Source: an uncultured Aminicenantes bacterium (GTDB lineage Bacteria > Acidobacteriota > Aminicenantia > UBA2199). Taken from it: 64,000 nucleotides of DNA. Positions 19,658 to 28,055 of the stretch are shown piece after piece. Numbering within the stretch: position 1 is the stretch's first letter; every line of letters starts with the position of its first letter. Where the stretch lies: NCBI GenBank assembly GCA_965195285.1, contig CBDAFS010000021.1:17539-81538 (forward strand). The letters are read 5' to 3'. A model generated the notes under the pieces. It made no database searches, was not told the origin of the DNA, and saw nothing but the letters and a program-made list of their open reading frames with translations. The position numbers and the translations under genes were made by a program.

Positions 19658-20823
19658 GGCCTCTCCTTTTTATAATGTTTCAGTAATTTTAAAAATGATT
19701 TGACCGCTTTGATGGTTTTCCGGTTTGGTTGAAAAGGATTGAGTTTCATCTCATAGAATATATACCAGCTGGTACCGGCTACCGAGGGCGATGTTGAAAA
19801 CTCATATTTGTTTTCCGTGGCATAGGCAATGCCCCCCTGTTTTCTCATCATCCGTTTCACCTGAAAGTGATAAAAATCCCCTTTCTGTACCTGGCCGCAA
19901 AAATAATAGGCCAGGGCCATTCCCTCGGTTCCCTCACTCCATACCGGGGCATTTTTTGCTTTTCTTTCAAAAAATCCCCGTATGTCTGAGATCTGGTTAA
20001 TGACACCGTCTTTGACCATGAAGCGCTTTTCTGCAAAGGGCAGCACCGGACAATATTTTGGGCCCATAGCCAGAACAGCCCAGCTCTGGCAATCCAGATA
20101 CAGGGAGTGATCCTTAAAACCGGTCATGAAATGCACCGGTTCTTCATTCCGGTACAGGTTCTTCAATATAAAGTCTTTAACTTTTCTGGCTTTTTTACGG
20201 AAATAGCGGTTGTGATAATAGTAAAAAGCCGAATAGGTGTCCAGGTTGTGCTCCATTGAAAACGCATCATCCCGTACCCCCAGGCTCACACCGCCGAAAG
20301 TCGGTTCGGTCTTATCCAGAACCTGCTGATTCCCGATCCAGTGCAGGGTTTTCCATAACAGCACATTATAGGAAGTGTCCCCGGTCATTGCCCGGTAAAA
20401 ATTAAGGGCCATGGCAATCCAGGCAATGCTACCGGTATAGGTGCGATTGGAAGTGGATTCCAGGCTGGAAATTATATAGGAAAAATCAAAGCTACCATCC
20501 TTATTTTGGATATAGGCCAGGGTATTCAGAATTTTTTTGGCCACTTCAATTTTGCCCGTAGCAGTAAAGGCCATGACGGCCAGGGCCTGGTCATAGATCC
20601 AGCACCGGTCTTCAATTCCTTCATAGCTCTGCACCAGGCAGTAGCTCTTTCCGTCCCGAATGACCTTCCGGGCCATGGAGCTCAGCCAGTTTACATTCAA
20701 TTGAAAATCCGCCATCAGTCCGGGACGATTTTTTTCTACCGGCTCTTCCGCCCGTAACGTGTTTGCAAACAATATCAACATGGCTATCAAGACTACCTTA
20801 AACAGAATACTTGGCTTATCCAT
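19654..20823 (-). CDS. Secreted six-hairpin (alpha/alpha)6 glycosidase-like protein
   Basis: Start moved to ATG 20823 (MDKPSIL, signal peptide). Helical repeats with YDQALA, SMEHNLD, LDCQSW and VWSEGT motifs. Confidence 0.6.
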   Translation of the reverse strand: MDKPSILFKVVLIAMLILFANTLRAEEPVEKNRPGLMADFQLNVNWLSSMARKVIRDGKSYCLVQSYEGIEDRCWIYDQALAVMAFTATGKIEVAKKILNTLAYIQNKDGSFDFSYIISSLESTSNRTYTGSIAWIAMALNFYRAMTGDTSYNVLLWKTLHWIGNQQVLDKTEPTFGGVSLGVRDDAFSMEHNLDTYSAFYYYHNRYFRKKARKVKDFILKNLYRNEEPVHFMTGFKDHSLYLDCQSWAVLAMGPKYCPVLPFAEKRFMVKDGVINQISDIRGFFERKAKNAPVWSEGTEGMALAYYFCGQVQKGDFYHFQVKRMMRKQGGIAYATENKYEFSTSPSVAGTSWYIFYEMKLNPFQPNRKTIKAVKSFLKLLKHYKKERP

Positions 20824-22588
20824 ATTTGACCTCTTTGATGGCGTTGCTGTAATTTTTACATATTTTAATTTCCTTGACCGCATTGGAAATCTTGAATTCA
20901 TCCTCGATCTTGTTCTGGGGATTTAAAACAGTTATTCCACCTTTCTCCCTTTTCAACTTCCGGGAGAGCTGGATCAGCATGGACAGGGCATCCGATGATA
21001 TGTTTTCCAGTTTCTTCAATTCCAGGATGAACTTTTTTCTTTTCTTCTGGCCGAAATACTTGACCAGGTTTTCAAATTCAACAATATCACTGGCTTCAAA
21101 AGATCCGGACAGTGCAATGATAACAATATGATCCCTGTACAAACTTTTATAATCGGCCACCATGCCCAGGCCTTTTTCTGATTCCGGGTTCAGAAAAACC
21201 GACATTTTACCCAACTGGCTCTGGTATTCTTTATCTCCCCGGGGGGGGGTCCAGGCAGCCCTGACAAACACTTTTTTCATGTAATCCATGGTTCCCAGCA
21301 ATTTCCAATAGCAATTCAGCTGATGGTAAAAAAAGGGTTCGACAAGGGAAGTGGAGATCAACCTCAATTTGTCAGCCGTACCATAATAGGAACTGAAGAA
21401 GAAATCCACCAGCAAAAAGAAGATGTTGATCAACGCATTATAGATCATGGAAATCAACAGAAAAAAGACATAATTCAGATGGATCAGGTTCAGGATGGTC
21501 AGGATGGGAATGGCCAGAATGATCAGCAGCTGGATAATGGGTGAAATGACTTCAAACAGAATGTAGTATGGCAGGGAAAAAAAAGTGATAGGAGCAAAGG
21601 GATAGCGGAAAAACTTGAAAAAGTGGGTTCTCAGGGTGCTGACCAGGCCAACCTGCCAGCGTTTTCGCTGGGATTTGAGCTCCCTGAAACTCTCCGGAGC
21701 ATTGGTAAAAGAATCGGCCAGGTACACCTGGGCAATGCGGTATTTCTTCTTTGTTTTGAGCATGTAAAAATGAATCCGGGTCAGAAGCTCCAGGTCTTCG
21801 CCCTTGCTAAATTTTTCATACCCGCCAATCTCTTTGAGAATCCCGGTCTTGAAAACCCCGAAAGCACCCGAAATGATCAGGTTGGCATTCAGGAGTGACA
21901 GGGAATTACGGGCCACATTAATAGATCGGATATATTCAATGACCTGCAGCGTGGAGATCAGTTTATAGGGAGACTGCAGTCGGTTGGGAAAACAGTTGAG
22001 ATCCTCCGAATCATTTTTTATCCGGACACTGCCCCCGGCTGCCACCACCCTCCGGTCGGTTAAAAAGGGCATCACAATTTTTTTCAGGCCATCCGTCTTG
22101 ATCAGGGTATCGGCATCCACACAGCAGACCAATTCGGAATCACTCAAATTGATTCCGGCATTGAGGGTATCGGCTTTTCCACCGTTAACCTTGTCCACCA
22201 CCATAAATCTGGCATCAGCGCCCCGGTAAATACGTTTCACGGTCTGGGTGGGAATCCGTGCCTGATATTGAAGGGGAATTTCAGATACAGACAGTTTTTC
22301 TCTCAAAATATCCAGGGTCCGGTCCTTGCTGCCGTCATTGATGATGATTACCTTCAGATCGGGGTAGTCGATCTCCTGCAGAAAACGAATCCCCTTCTGA
22401 ATGGTCTTTTCTTCATTGTAACAGGGAATGAGAATATTGAGTGTTGGAAAACGGGCCGATTCGGTCTGGCCGAGTTTGAATTTTTTCCTCTGATTTCTGA
22501 TGGAAATTATGCCCAGCAGGGAGAATATCAGGTCCACACTATAAGCAACAACAGTATAAACCAATCCAAATATAACCAGTATTTCCAC
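20816..22588 (-). CDS. Processive GT2 polysaccharide synthase (PgaC/IcaA-like) fused to a C-terminal STAS domain
   Basis: PCYNE, DGSKD, GGKADTLN, VDAD, SGAFG, GED and QRKRW motifs plus TM helices. C-terminal IIALSGSF..FILELKKLENISSDAL is STAS-like. Confidence 0.85.
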   Translation of the reverse strand: MEILVIFGLVYTVVAYSVDLIFSLLGIISIRNQRKKFKLGQTESARFPTLNILIPCYNEEKTIQKGIRFLQEIDYPDLKVIIINDGSKDRTLDILREKLSVSEIPLQYQARIPTQTVKRIYRGADARFMVVDKVNGGKADTLNAGINLSDSELVCCVDADTLIKTDGLKKIVMPFLTDRRVVAAGGSVRIKNDSEDLNCFPNRLQSPYKLISTLQVIEYIRSINVARNSLSLLNANLIISGAFGVFKTGILKEIGGYEKFSKGEDLELLTRIHFYMLKTKKKYRIAQVYLADSFTNAPESFRELKSQRKRWQVGLVSTLRTHFFKFFRYPFAPITFFSLPYYILFEVISPIIQLLIILAIPILTILNLIHLNYVFFLLISMIYNALINIFFLLVDFFFSSYYGTADKLRLISTSLVEPFFYHQLNCYWKLLGTMDYMKKVFVRAAWTPPRGDKEYQSQLGKMSVFLNPESEKGLGMVADYKSLYRDHIVIIALSGSFEASDIVEFENLVKYFGQKKRKKFILELKKLENISSDALSMLIQLSRKLKREKGGITVLNPQNKIEDEFKISNAVKEIKICKNYSNAIKEVKYG

Positions 22589-22592
22589 AATA

Positions 22593-23630
22593 CTACTGTT
22601 TCCTTAATATCATTCTTCTCTTAAACTGGGTAACCTGGTAATTCAGACGCCAGCTTCCCACCTTGACGGCTTTCCCGGTCTGATCGACCGGAGCTTTGAG
22701 TGTAAGTTCCGATATCATTTTCTTGAGGTTTTTCAATACCTTTTTTCTCCTTGAATCCGGATCCACTCTCAACCCAGCGTCATTATGTCCGGACAAAAAA
22801 ACCTTACCAGACTCATCGATAAACAAATTCAGGTTTAAATAACCTGAAACCTTGGTTTTACGGGGCAGATCCACTCTAAGAGTCTTCACCTGCTGGTTAT
22901 ACTCCCTGATCAGGGTATCGGGGATTTCCCGAATGGTAATGGTATGACGGTAAGGCATCGGTTCCCGTGGTTTGGCTTTATCAACCACTGGCTCTTTAGG
23001 TTTGACTTTCTGGTTTTCAAGTTCAGCCTCCAGGGTCTTGATTTCACCTCGGTCCTCCCCGGAATGGGTCTTGGCCCTGGATTCTGCTTCCTGATCATAA
23101 AGATTTTTTTCACGATCTTCTTGTTGATTAACCGCTATCTCATCAGTCTGGTCATACGGATGATCAATAGCTGTCAAAGGGATTTCGGCATTCGGATCAG
23201 CTTCCGGTCGAGACATTTGCCGATTAATAAAAAAAATGACCACAAACAGAACCACTACCACCAGAACCATGGGCATCAGCAGTTTGGGTAAAAGCCTGGA
23301 TTCCGTTTTTTTTTGTGGCAATTCTCGGACGTTTTTTTTTGATTTTTTAAATTGGGAAGGTCCGGACTCCGTTGAAACTAATTTTCTATTAATGGTGGGT
23401 ACTGATTTCTTGATGTCGACTTCGACATCAATTCCCTTTTTGGAAGCTTCTCTCCGGGACATGGATTTTTCCAGAGCGACTTCCTGAATACCCGATTCTT
23501 TTGAGAAAATGTAGGCTTGATATTTATAATGCAAACGTCCCTTAAATAAGCCTTGCTTTTCCAATGATTTAAACAACTGTCTGATAATCTTCAATCTGAA
23601 TCTGGCTACGTCTTTATCTTTTATTAGCAA
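22593..23630 (-). CDS. Bitopic membrane protein with a TonB-C-like C-terminal domain
   Basis: Cytoplasmic N-domain, TM (LLMPMVLVVVVLFVVIFFI), Pro/Lys/Glu linker and C-domain GYLNLNLFIDESGKV..APVDQTGKAV. Confidence 0.55.
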   Translation of the reverse strand: MLIKDKDVARFRLKIIRQLFKSLEKQGLFKGRLHYKYQAYIFSKESGIQEVALEKSMSRREASKKGIDVEVDIKKSVPTINRKLVSTESGPSQFKKSKKNVRELPQKKTESRLLPKLLMPMVLVVVVLFVVIFFINRQMSRPEADPNAEIPLTAIDHPYDQTDEIAVNQQEDREKNLYDQEAESRAKTHSGEDRGEIKTLEAELENQKVKPKEPVVDKAKPREPMPYRHTITIREIPDTLIREYNQQVKTLRVDLPRKTKVSGYLNLNLFIDESGKVFLSGHNDAGLRVDPDSRRKKVLKNLKKMISELTLKAPVDQTGKAVKVGSWRLNYQVTQFKRRMILRKQ

Positions 23631-24222
23631 ATTTAAAGCCGGTTAAGAAATCCGAACACAGATCCGCCACGGCTTTGCGAATGGAACCTTCCAGCTCACC
23701 CACCGAACTGGCTGAGCCCATGGCATACTGGGTCCAGGTGGATACCGGGTACTTGCTCTTATAAGCCAAGTTGCGTATCATGCGTACCAACTGGCGCAGG
23801 GAGACATCAATATAATAAAAATATATCTCGGAATAGGTCACCCCGCCGGGCATGACTTCCTTTTTCTGAATGATATTGACATTGATCTCAAAAACCACCC
23901 AATCCTTATCTTCAGGACCCTTTTTGGTTTCGACAATACCCAGGCCCCATTTGCTCAAACCGGATTTGACCATGGCTTCCAGATCCCGGGCCATCTGCTG
24001 GCTCTGTTCCGGGGCATAAACAGATGCAAAAAGCTCCCGGATATTGATCTTTACCTCGGTCCACTTTAATCCCTTCAGGGTTTCCGAGCCAATGACACAG
24101 GCTTCTGGCAGCACATCGAATACCGGCTTGATTTCATCGGTTTCATGGCTTTCTGCTACCTGGGGTAACAAAAAAAAAGATAAACATAAAACAGAAAGAA
24201 AAATGCAGCAAAACGTCTTCAT
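23614..24222 (-). CDS. Exported hypothetical protein
   Basis: Signal peptide; alpha/beta body; strong GAGGAGG SD. Confidence 0.65.
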   Translation of the reverse strand: MKTFCCIFLSVLCLSFFLLPQVAESHETDEIKPVFDVLPEACVIGSETLKGLKWTEVKINIRELFASVYAPEQSQQMARDLEAMVKSGLSKWGLGIVETKKGPEDKDWVVFEINVNIIQKKEVMPGGVTYSEIYFYYIDVSLRQLVRMIRNLAYKSKYPVSTWTQYAMGSASSVGELEGSIRKAVADLCSDFLTGFKFANKR

Positions 24223-24284
24223 CTAAACCTCCTCACGGCGAGCATAACCCTCCTCTTCTTCCGCAATAACCATTGTGAAACTTA

Positions 24285-24313
24285 ATCTTAAAAAAAACCC
24301 TCCCCATTGTCAA
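24285..24313 (-). promoter_or_regulatory. Putative internal sigma70 promoter for the glycan half of the cluster
   Basis: Minus strand TTGACA-17 nt-TAAGAT. Confidence 0.6.
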
Positions 24314-24402
24314 TAAAAAACTTCAGCTCTAGCTGATTGCAGAATTCTAAATACCCTTCAGACATATCACATTTCCATGGATTTCGCTGAAAATAAATCG
24401 TT

Positions 24403-25119
24403 TTATTTCTTCCTGGGATAAACAACCAATTTTCTTTCTGCCAATAGATGATCGTTGAGGAATACGGCATAGCGGTATTTTCCGGGTTTGAGGTTTTCCA
24501 CTCGGTCAATGAATATGATGTATTCAAAATACTTGTCCGCTTCTCCGAAGCTGAAGTCCAGTTTCCTGGCCTGCACAAAATATTGATGGCTAATGTGCAG
24601 GGCATTGAATAGCTGAGGTGATAAATAAGACCGGGATAGCAGTATAAATAAATCCCTTCCCATAACCGGAACCAGCATTCCACCGGTTTTCCAGTCGTAT
24701 CGACCGGTGTCAGCCTTAGCTCCTGTGCCGGTGAATAAAATGGGAAAAGGCAACGTGGTATTCAAACCAACCAGCATCATTTTAAGCCAGTCCCGAATTT
24801 CATTCATTCCCTCATAAAAATGTCGCATGCGAGACTGGTAAAACCGGAGCACTACTTTCCCCTGGTTTTCTATATTATTGATTTTCAGGAAAATATAGAA
24901 ATCAGGCCTTATCATATTGTTTTTAAAAACCTTCTTTCTGGTTTTCCCATGGGCATGGGAAACCTGCTCTAAAAATTCCAATTCAGCCAGGTAGGGAGCT
25001 TCGATCTGGGGCAGGTACTTGACCTTCATGTTGCATCCGACCGTCAGCAAGCAGGAGATCAGTATTACAGGGTAAAGAACTTGATGAAAAACTTTTTTAA
25101 AGCCAGTGAATATCCGCAT
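24403..25119 (-). CDS. Putative lipoprotein with an Ig-like C-terminus
   Basis: Lipobox TVGC; C-terminal LKPGKYRYAVFLND..ERKLVV. Start codon uncertain. Confidence 0.55.
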   Translation of the reverse strand: MRIFTGFKKVFHQVLYPVILISCLLTVGCNMKVKYLPQIEAPYLAELEFLEQVSHAHGKTRKKVFKNNMIRPDFYIFLKINNIENQGKVVLRFYQSRMRHFYEGMNEIRDWLKMMLVGLNTTLPFPILFTGTGAKADTGRYDWKTGGMLVPVMGRDLFILLSRSYLSPQLFNALHISHQYFVQARKLDFSFGEADKYFEYIIFIDRVENLKPGKYRYAVFLNDHLLAERKLVVYPRKK

Positions 25120-26867
25120 TGTAATTTAAATATATTGCTGAATTTTTTTTCTATAAATACCTCAATGGTCTGGAATTTATCCTCGGTTACATAATATAGC
25201 AGAAAACTGGAGAATTTAATATTCCAAGGGAAAATTATCTCACCGTTGAAGGTGATGTTTTCCAGAGTAAAGTCATCATTAAAAAACATTCTCAACCTGA
25301 AATCGTATTTTTTACTGACCTTCATCGCAATATCAAATTTCAGGTTCTTTACATTGTACCCCTCCACCCAGAATCCTTCAGACCGGTAGCGGGAAACCAG
25401 TGAGTAATCCAGGGAAAAGACCAATTTCCACCATTCCTTTTTCAGGGATAACAGATAATTAAATTCGGTTTGGTTCAGATCCAGGTTATCCCAGACATGA
25501 TTGACGTTCAGGACGGGAATGATTTTGAATCCCAGTGGGAAAATCAATCCGGAAGCCTTCAATACAGTATTGATCCCCGGAAAAATATGTGAAGTCGTTG
25601 TTTCTTCTCCGGGCAGGGTGGAAAACATATAATAGGGGGAGATATCAATGCTCACATTTTTATCCAGAAAGAACAGAGTCTTTAATTTCAGATTGGTGCT
25701 GAAATTTCGAGTCTGGGTGGCCGCCAGCAGATTTTCGGATATATTGTAAACCGATGACAGGGATAGAAGGGAACTGGAAAAATCCATGGATACCGAATAA
25801 TCCTGGGTATCTGATTCCACCTCATCCCGGATTACCTTTCTCAGGTAGTTGAAATTAAAATTAAGTTTTTTTTTTACTTTCAAGGGAGTTGAAAATCCGT
25901 ATGAATAGCTGTTTTTTAAATTGTGGGTAAAACTGACCCGGGGGCTGATGAACCGGTATGCGGTCCACATGAACCAGGTGCTAAAATCAAATACAGTGGG
26001 AATATTTTCACGTCCGGAAATATTCTGGGAAATGGCATAACTGAAATGCTTCAACTTCTTTTTGTGAGCGAGGGTGAAATTAAAACTCTCATCACCGGTA
26101 TTGTACAGGGCAGACAGGTTGATGAATTTCTTTTTCTGGATCAGCCAATCCACCTGGCCGGTCAGCATGATCCCTCGCTTGATTTCGGCACCCTTGTCAA
26201 ACAATTCCCGCTCGTACAGTTTGAAATTGAGATCACCGTTGAGAAATTCTTCTCTTATCCGGTACAGGAAAGTAAGGGACATACCGTCCAGGGAGGACAG
26301 CCCTATATTTTTGAAATAAAAACGGGTTTTTTCCGGAATCTTGCCCCGGGTAATGGAAAAACTCTTGAAGGGAACGGAGGGCATGCCAAAAAAGTAGGGA
26401 AAAACCATTTTGGCCCTGATTTTTTTGTTTTTATTGATTTTAAATTCGGAAAATTCCCAGTACAGGTCGGATTTTTTCAGCTGAAGGGGACCCTTCTTCT
26501 CTATATGGTCAACCAGGCCCATATCTCCCCAGCTGCTGATCTGCTTCCCAAAGGCTTCTGCCCTGAAGGAGAAAGGAAAACCTTTGAATACCAGTACATC
26601 GGCTTTTTGGACCCTGCCCTGCCCTGAAATAGTGATACCACCGTATATCACACCGATAAAACTGTTCAGGTCCAGATAGAGAGATTGCCCGGTAATTTGA
26701 AAGCCAGCGGCTTTCAACCGGATATTGCCCCCCCCGTACAGATAATGGAAATCATCACTGTAGATGAAGTAATCACCCTGGAAATCGAGGGTCTTGTCTG
26801 CCCATAAACCCACATGGATATGGCTGACAATCAGGCTAAGGCAGAGAAACTTTATAAATTTGTCCAT
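25065..26867 (-). CDS. Putative outer-membrane beta-barrel with an LptD/OstA-like N-terminus
   Basis: Start moved to ATG 26867; signal peptide; OstA-like GGGNIRL..ITGQSLYLDL..G.I.G; many amphipathic aromatic-rich beta strands; terminal strand FFIKFFTL. Confidence 0.6.
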   Translation of the reverse strand: MDKFIKFLCLSLIVSHIHVGLWADKTLDFQGDYFIYSDDFHYLYGGGNIRLKAAGFQITGQSLYLDLNSFIGVIYGGITISGQGRVQKADVLVFKGFPFSFRAEAFGKQISSWGDMGLVDHIEKKGPLQLKKSDLYWEFSEFKINKNKKIRAKMVFPYFFGMPSVPFKSFSITRGKIPEKTRFYFKNIGLSSLDGMSLTFLYRIREEFLNGDLNFKLYERELFDKGAEIKRGIMLTGQVDWLIQKKKFINLSALYNTGDESFNFTLAHKKKLKHFSYAISQNISGRENIPTVFDFSTWFMWTAYRFISPRVSFTHNLKNSYSYGFSTPLKVKKKLNFNFNYLRKVIRDEVESDTQDYSVSMDFSSSLLSLSSVYNISENLLAATQTRNFSTNLKLKTLFFLDKNVSIDISPYYMFSTLPGEETTTSHIFPGINTVLKASGLIFPLGFKIIPVLNVNHVWDNLDLNQTEFNYLLSLKKEWWKLVFSLDYSLVSRYRSEGFWVEGYNVKNLKFDIAMKVSKKYDFRLRMFFNDDFTLENITFNGEIIFPWNIKFSSFLLYYVTEDKFQTIEVFIEKKFSNIFKLQCGYSLALKKFFIKFFTL

Positions 26868-27543
26868 TAAGAGTAAACAGATACAGGTAATAGGAACCAT
26901 CTACGGTAATCGCGTTAGTTCCGGTTGCAGGAGACAGATACACATTGAGCATATCCCCATCCAGTGAATAGTGGTATATGGAGTTGGCATTCAGATCGGT
27001 AAACAAAACACTTCCCTGGTAATATTCGATGCCGCCTATATTAACTCCGGAAAGTTGAAATAGTGGAGTCGAACTTCCGGTTACCGGGTCATATTCATAA
27101 AAACCGAAGGAACGGAGATCATATAACAGTAAATTATCTTCCATTGGGGATAAAAATTCCGGATAAAGATTCCCGGTTGATATTTGATCGATTAAATCAC
27201 CGGAAAGCGGATCATAAGAGGAAATGATATTGCTTCCGCCGCAGATATACAATTTATTCTGAAGGGTGGCCAGGCCGGTGCCAGGAACAGTGGATACGGT
27301 CCTGATGACCACACCGGATTCAATATCGAAGGCAGACAGAATACCGAAATTATTGATTTTCCAGAATTTTTCCCCGTCATAGGCAATATCTCCTTCTCCG
27401 GAAAGACTTGTGGTCACAATTTTAACAATCTGCAGGGTCTCAATTGAAGCGTCCGGGTCCAGGGGATTGTTAAAGAGGACATCTTTACAGGATTCAAAAA
27501 GAATAATAAAACCCAACATAAAGACTATTGTTTTTAACTTCAC
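26836..27543 (-). CDS. Lipoprotein with a YncE/glutaminyl-cyclase-like beta-propeller
   Basis: Lipobox FESC followed by NNPLDP; repeats such as DIAYDGEKFW, GLATLQNKLY, GIEYYQGSVL and AITVDGSYYLY. Confidence 0.65.
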   Translation of the reverse strand: MKLKTIVFMLGFIILFESCKDVLFNNPLDPDASIETLQIVKIVTTSLSGEGDIAYDGEKFWKINNFGILSAFDIESGVVIRTVSTVPGTGLATLQNKLYICGGSNIISSYDPLSGDLIDQISTGNLYPEFLSPMEDNLLLYDLRSFGFYEYDPVTGSSTPLFQLSGVNIGGIEYYQGSVLFTDLNANSIYHYSLDGDMLNVYLSPATGTNAITVDGSYYLYLFTLNGQIYKVSLP

Positions 27544-27937
27544 CTTTTACTCCGGCCTTTTTATTTTTGAAGAATTTCAGGTCCAGCAAATGCAGAACCC
27601 ACACCGAAACCATGCTTATGATAAAATAATTGCGGTTCCGGTAACTTTTTTCCGCTTTGGTCCTCAATTCGATCACCTCTTCCACATCGGTTGAGATCAG
27701 GTATTGGTCATAGTAATCATTGCCCTTCTGGTTATTCCAGATCACACCGACCATGGTGGTCAGGCATGCACCCAGGATTAGACTACCCTTGAGTACTTTG
27801 CCGGAAATCAACTGAGGCAATCCGGGTATGAATTCGACCACCGGTACACCCTTGGATAATTGTGTTTCACCCTCACCGGCCAGCCAACCGCCACCCAGTA
27901 GAAAAATCATAACAATAGAAATACATTTGGCCGGCAT
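27494..27937 (-). CDS. DUF5683-like envelope protein
   Basis: IPGLPQL..G..LKG, YYDQYL and VWVLHLLD pattern; C-terminal aromatic VGFYYSF. Confidence 0.55.
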   Translation of the reverse strand: MPAKCISIVMIFLLGGGWLAGEGETQLSKGVPVVEFIPGLPQLISGKVLKGSLILGACLTTMVGVIWNNQKGNDYYDQYLISTDVEEVIELRTKAEKSYRNRNYFIISMVSVWVLHLLDLKFFKNKKAGVKGEVKNNSLYVGFYYSF

Positions 27938-28055
27938 AAGTTAATCAACCCGATACCCCGGAAATGGCTGCCGGAAATATCCATACCTATTCGCTGTTGA
28001 TGGGGCAGCCCCATTCAGGGAAAGCCTATTGATGGCTATCCAACAAAAGTCTTTT

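Noticed and set aside
25923-26627. 234-aa + strand ORF, and the many other short antisense ORFs in the track
   Set aside because: They lie fully opposite longer coding genes and show no motifs or ribosome-binding sites.
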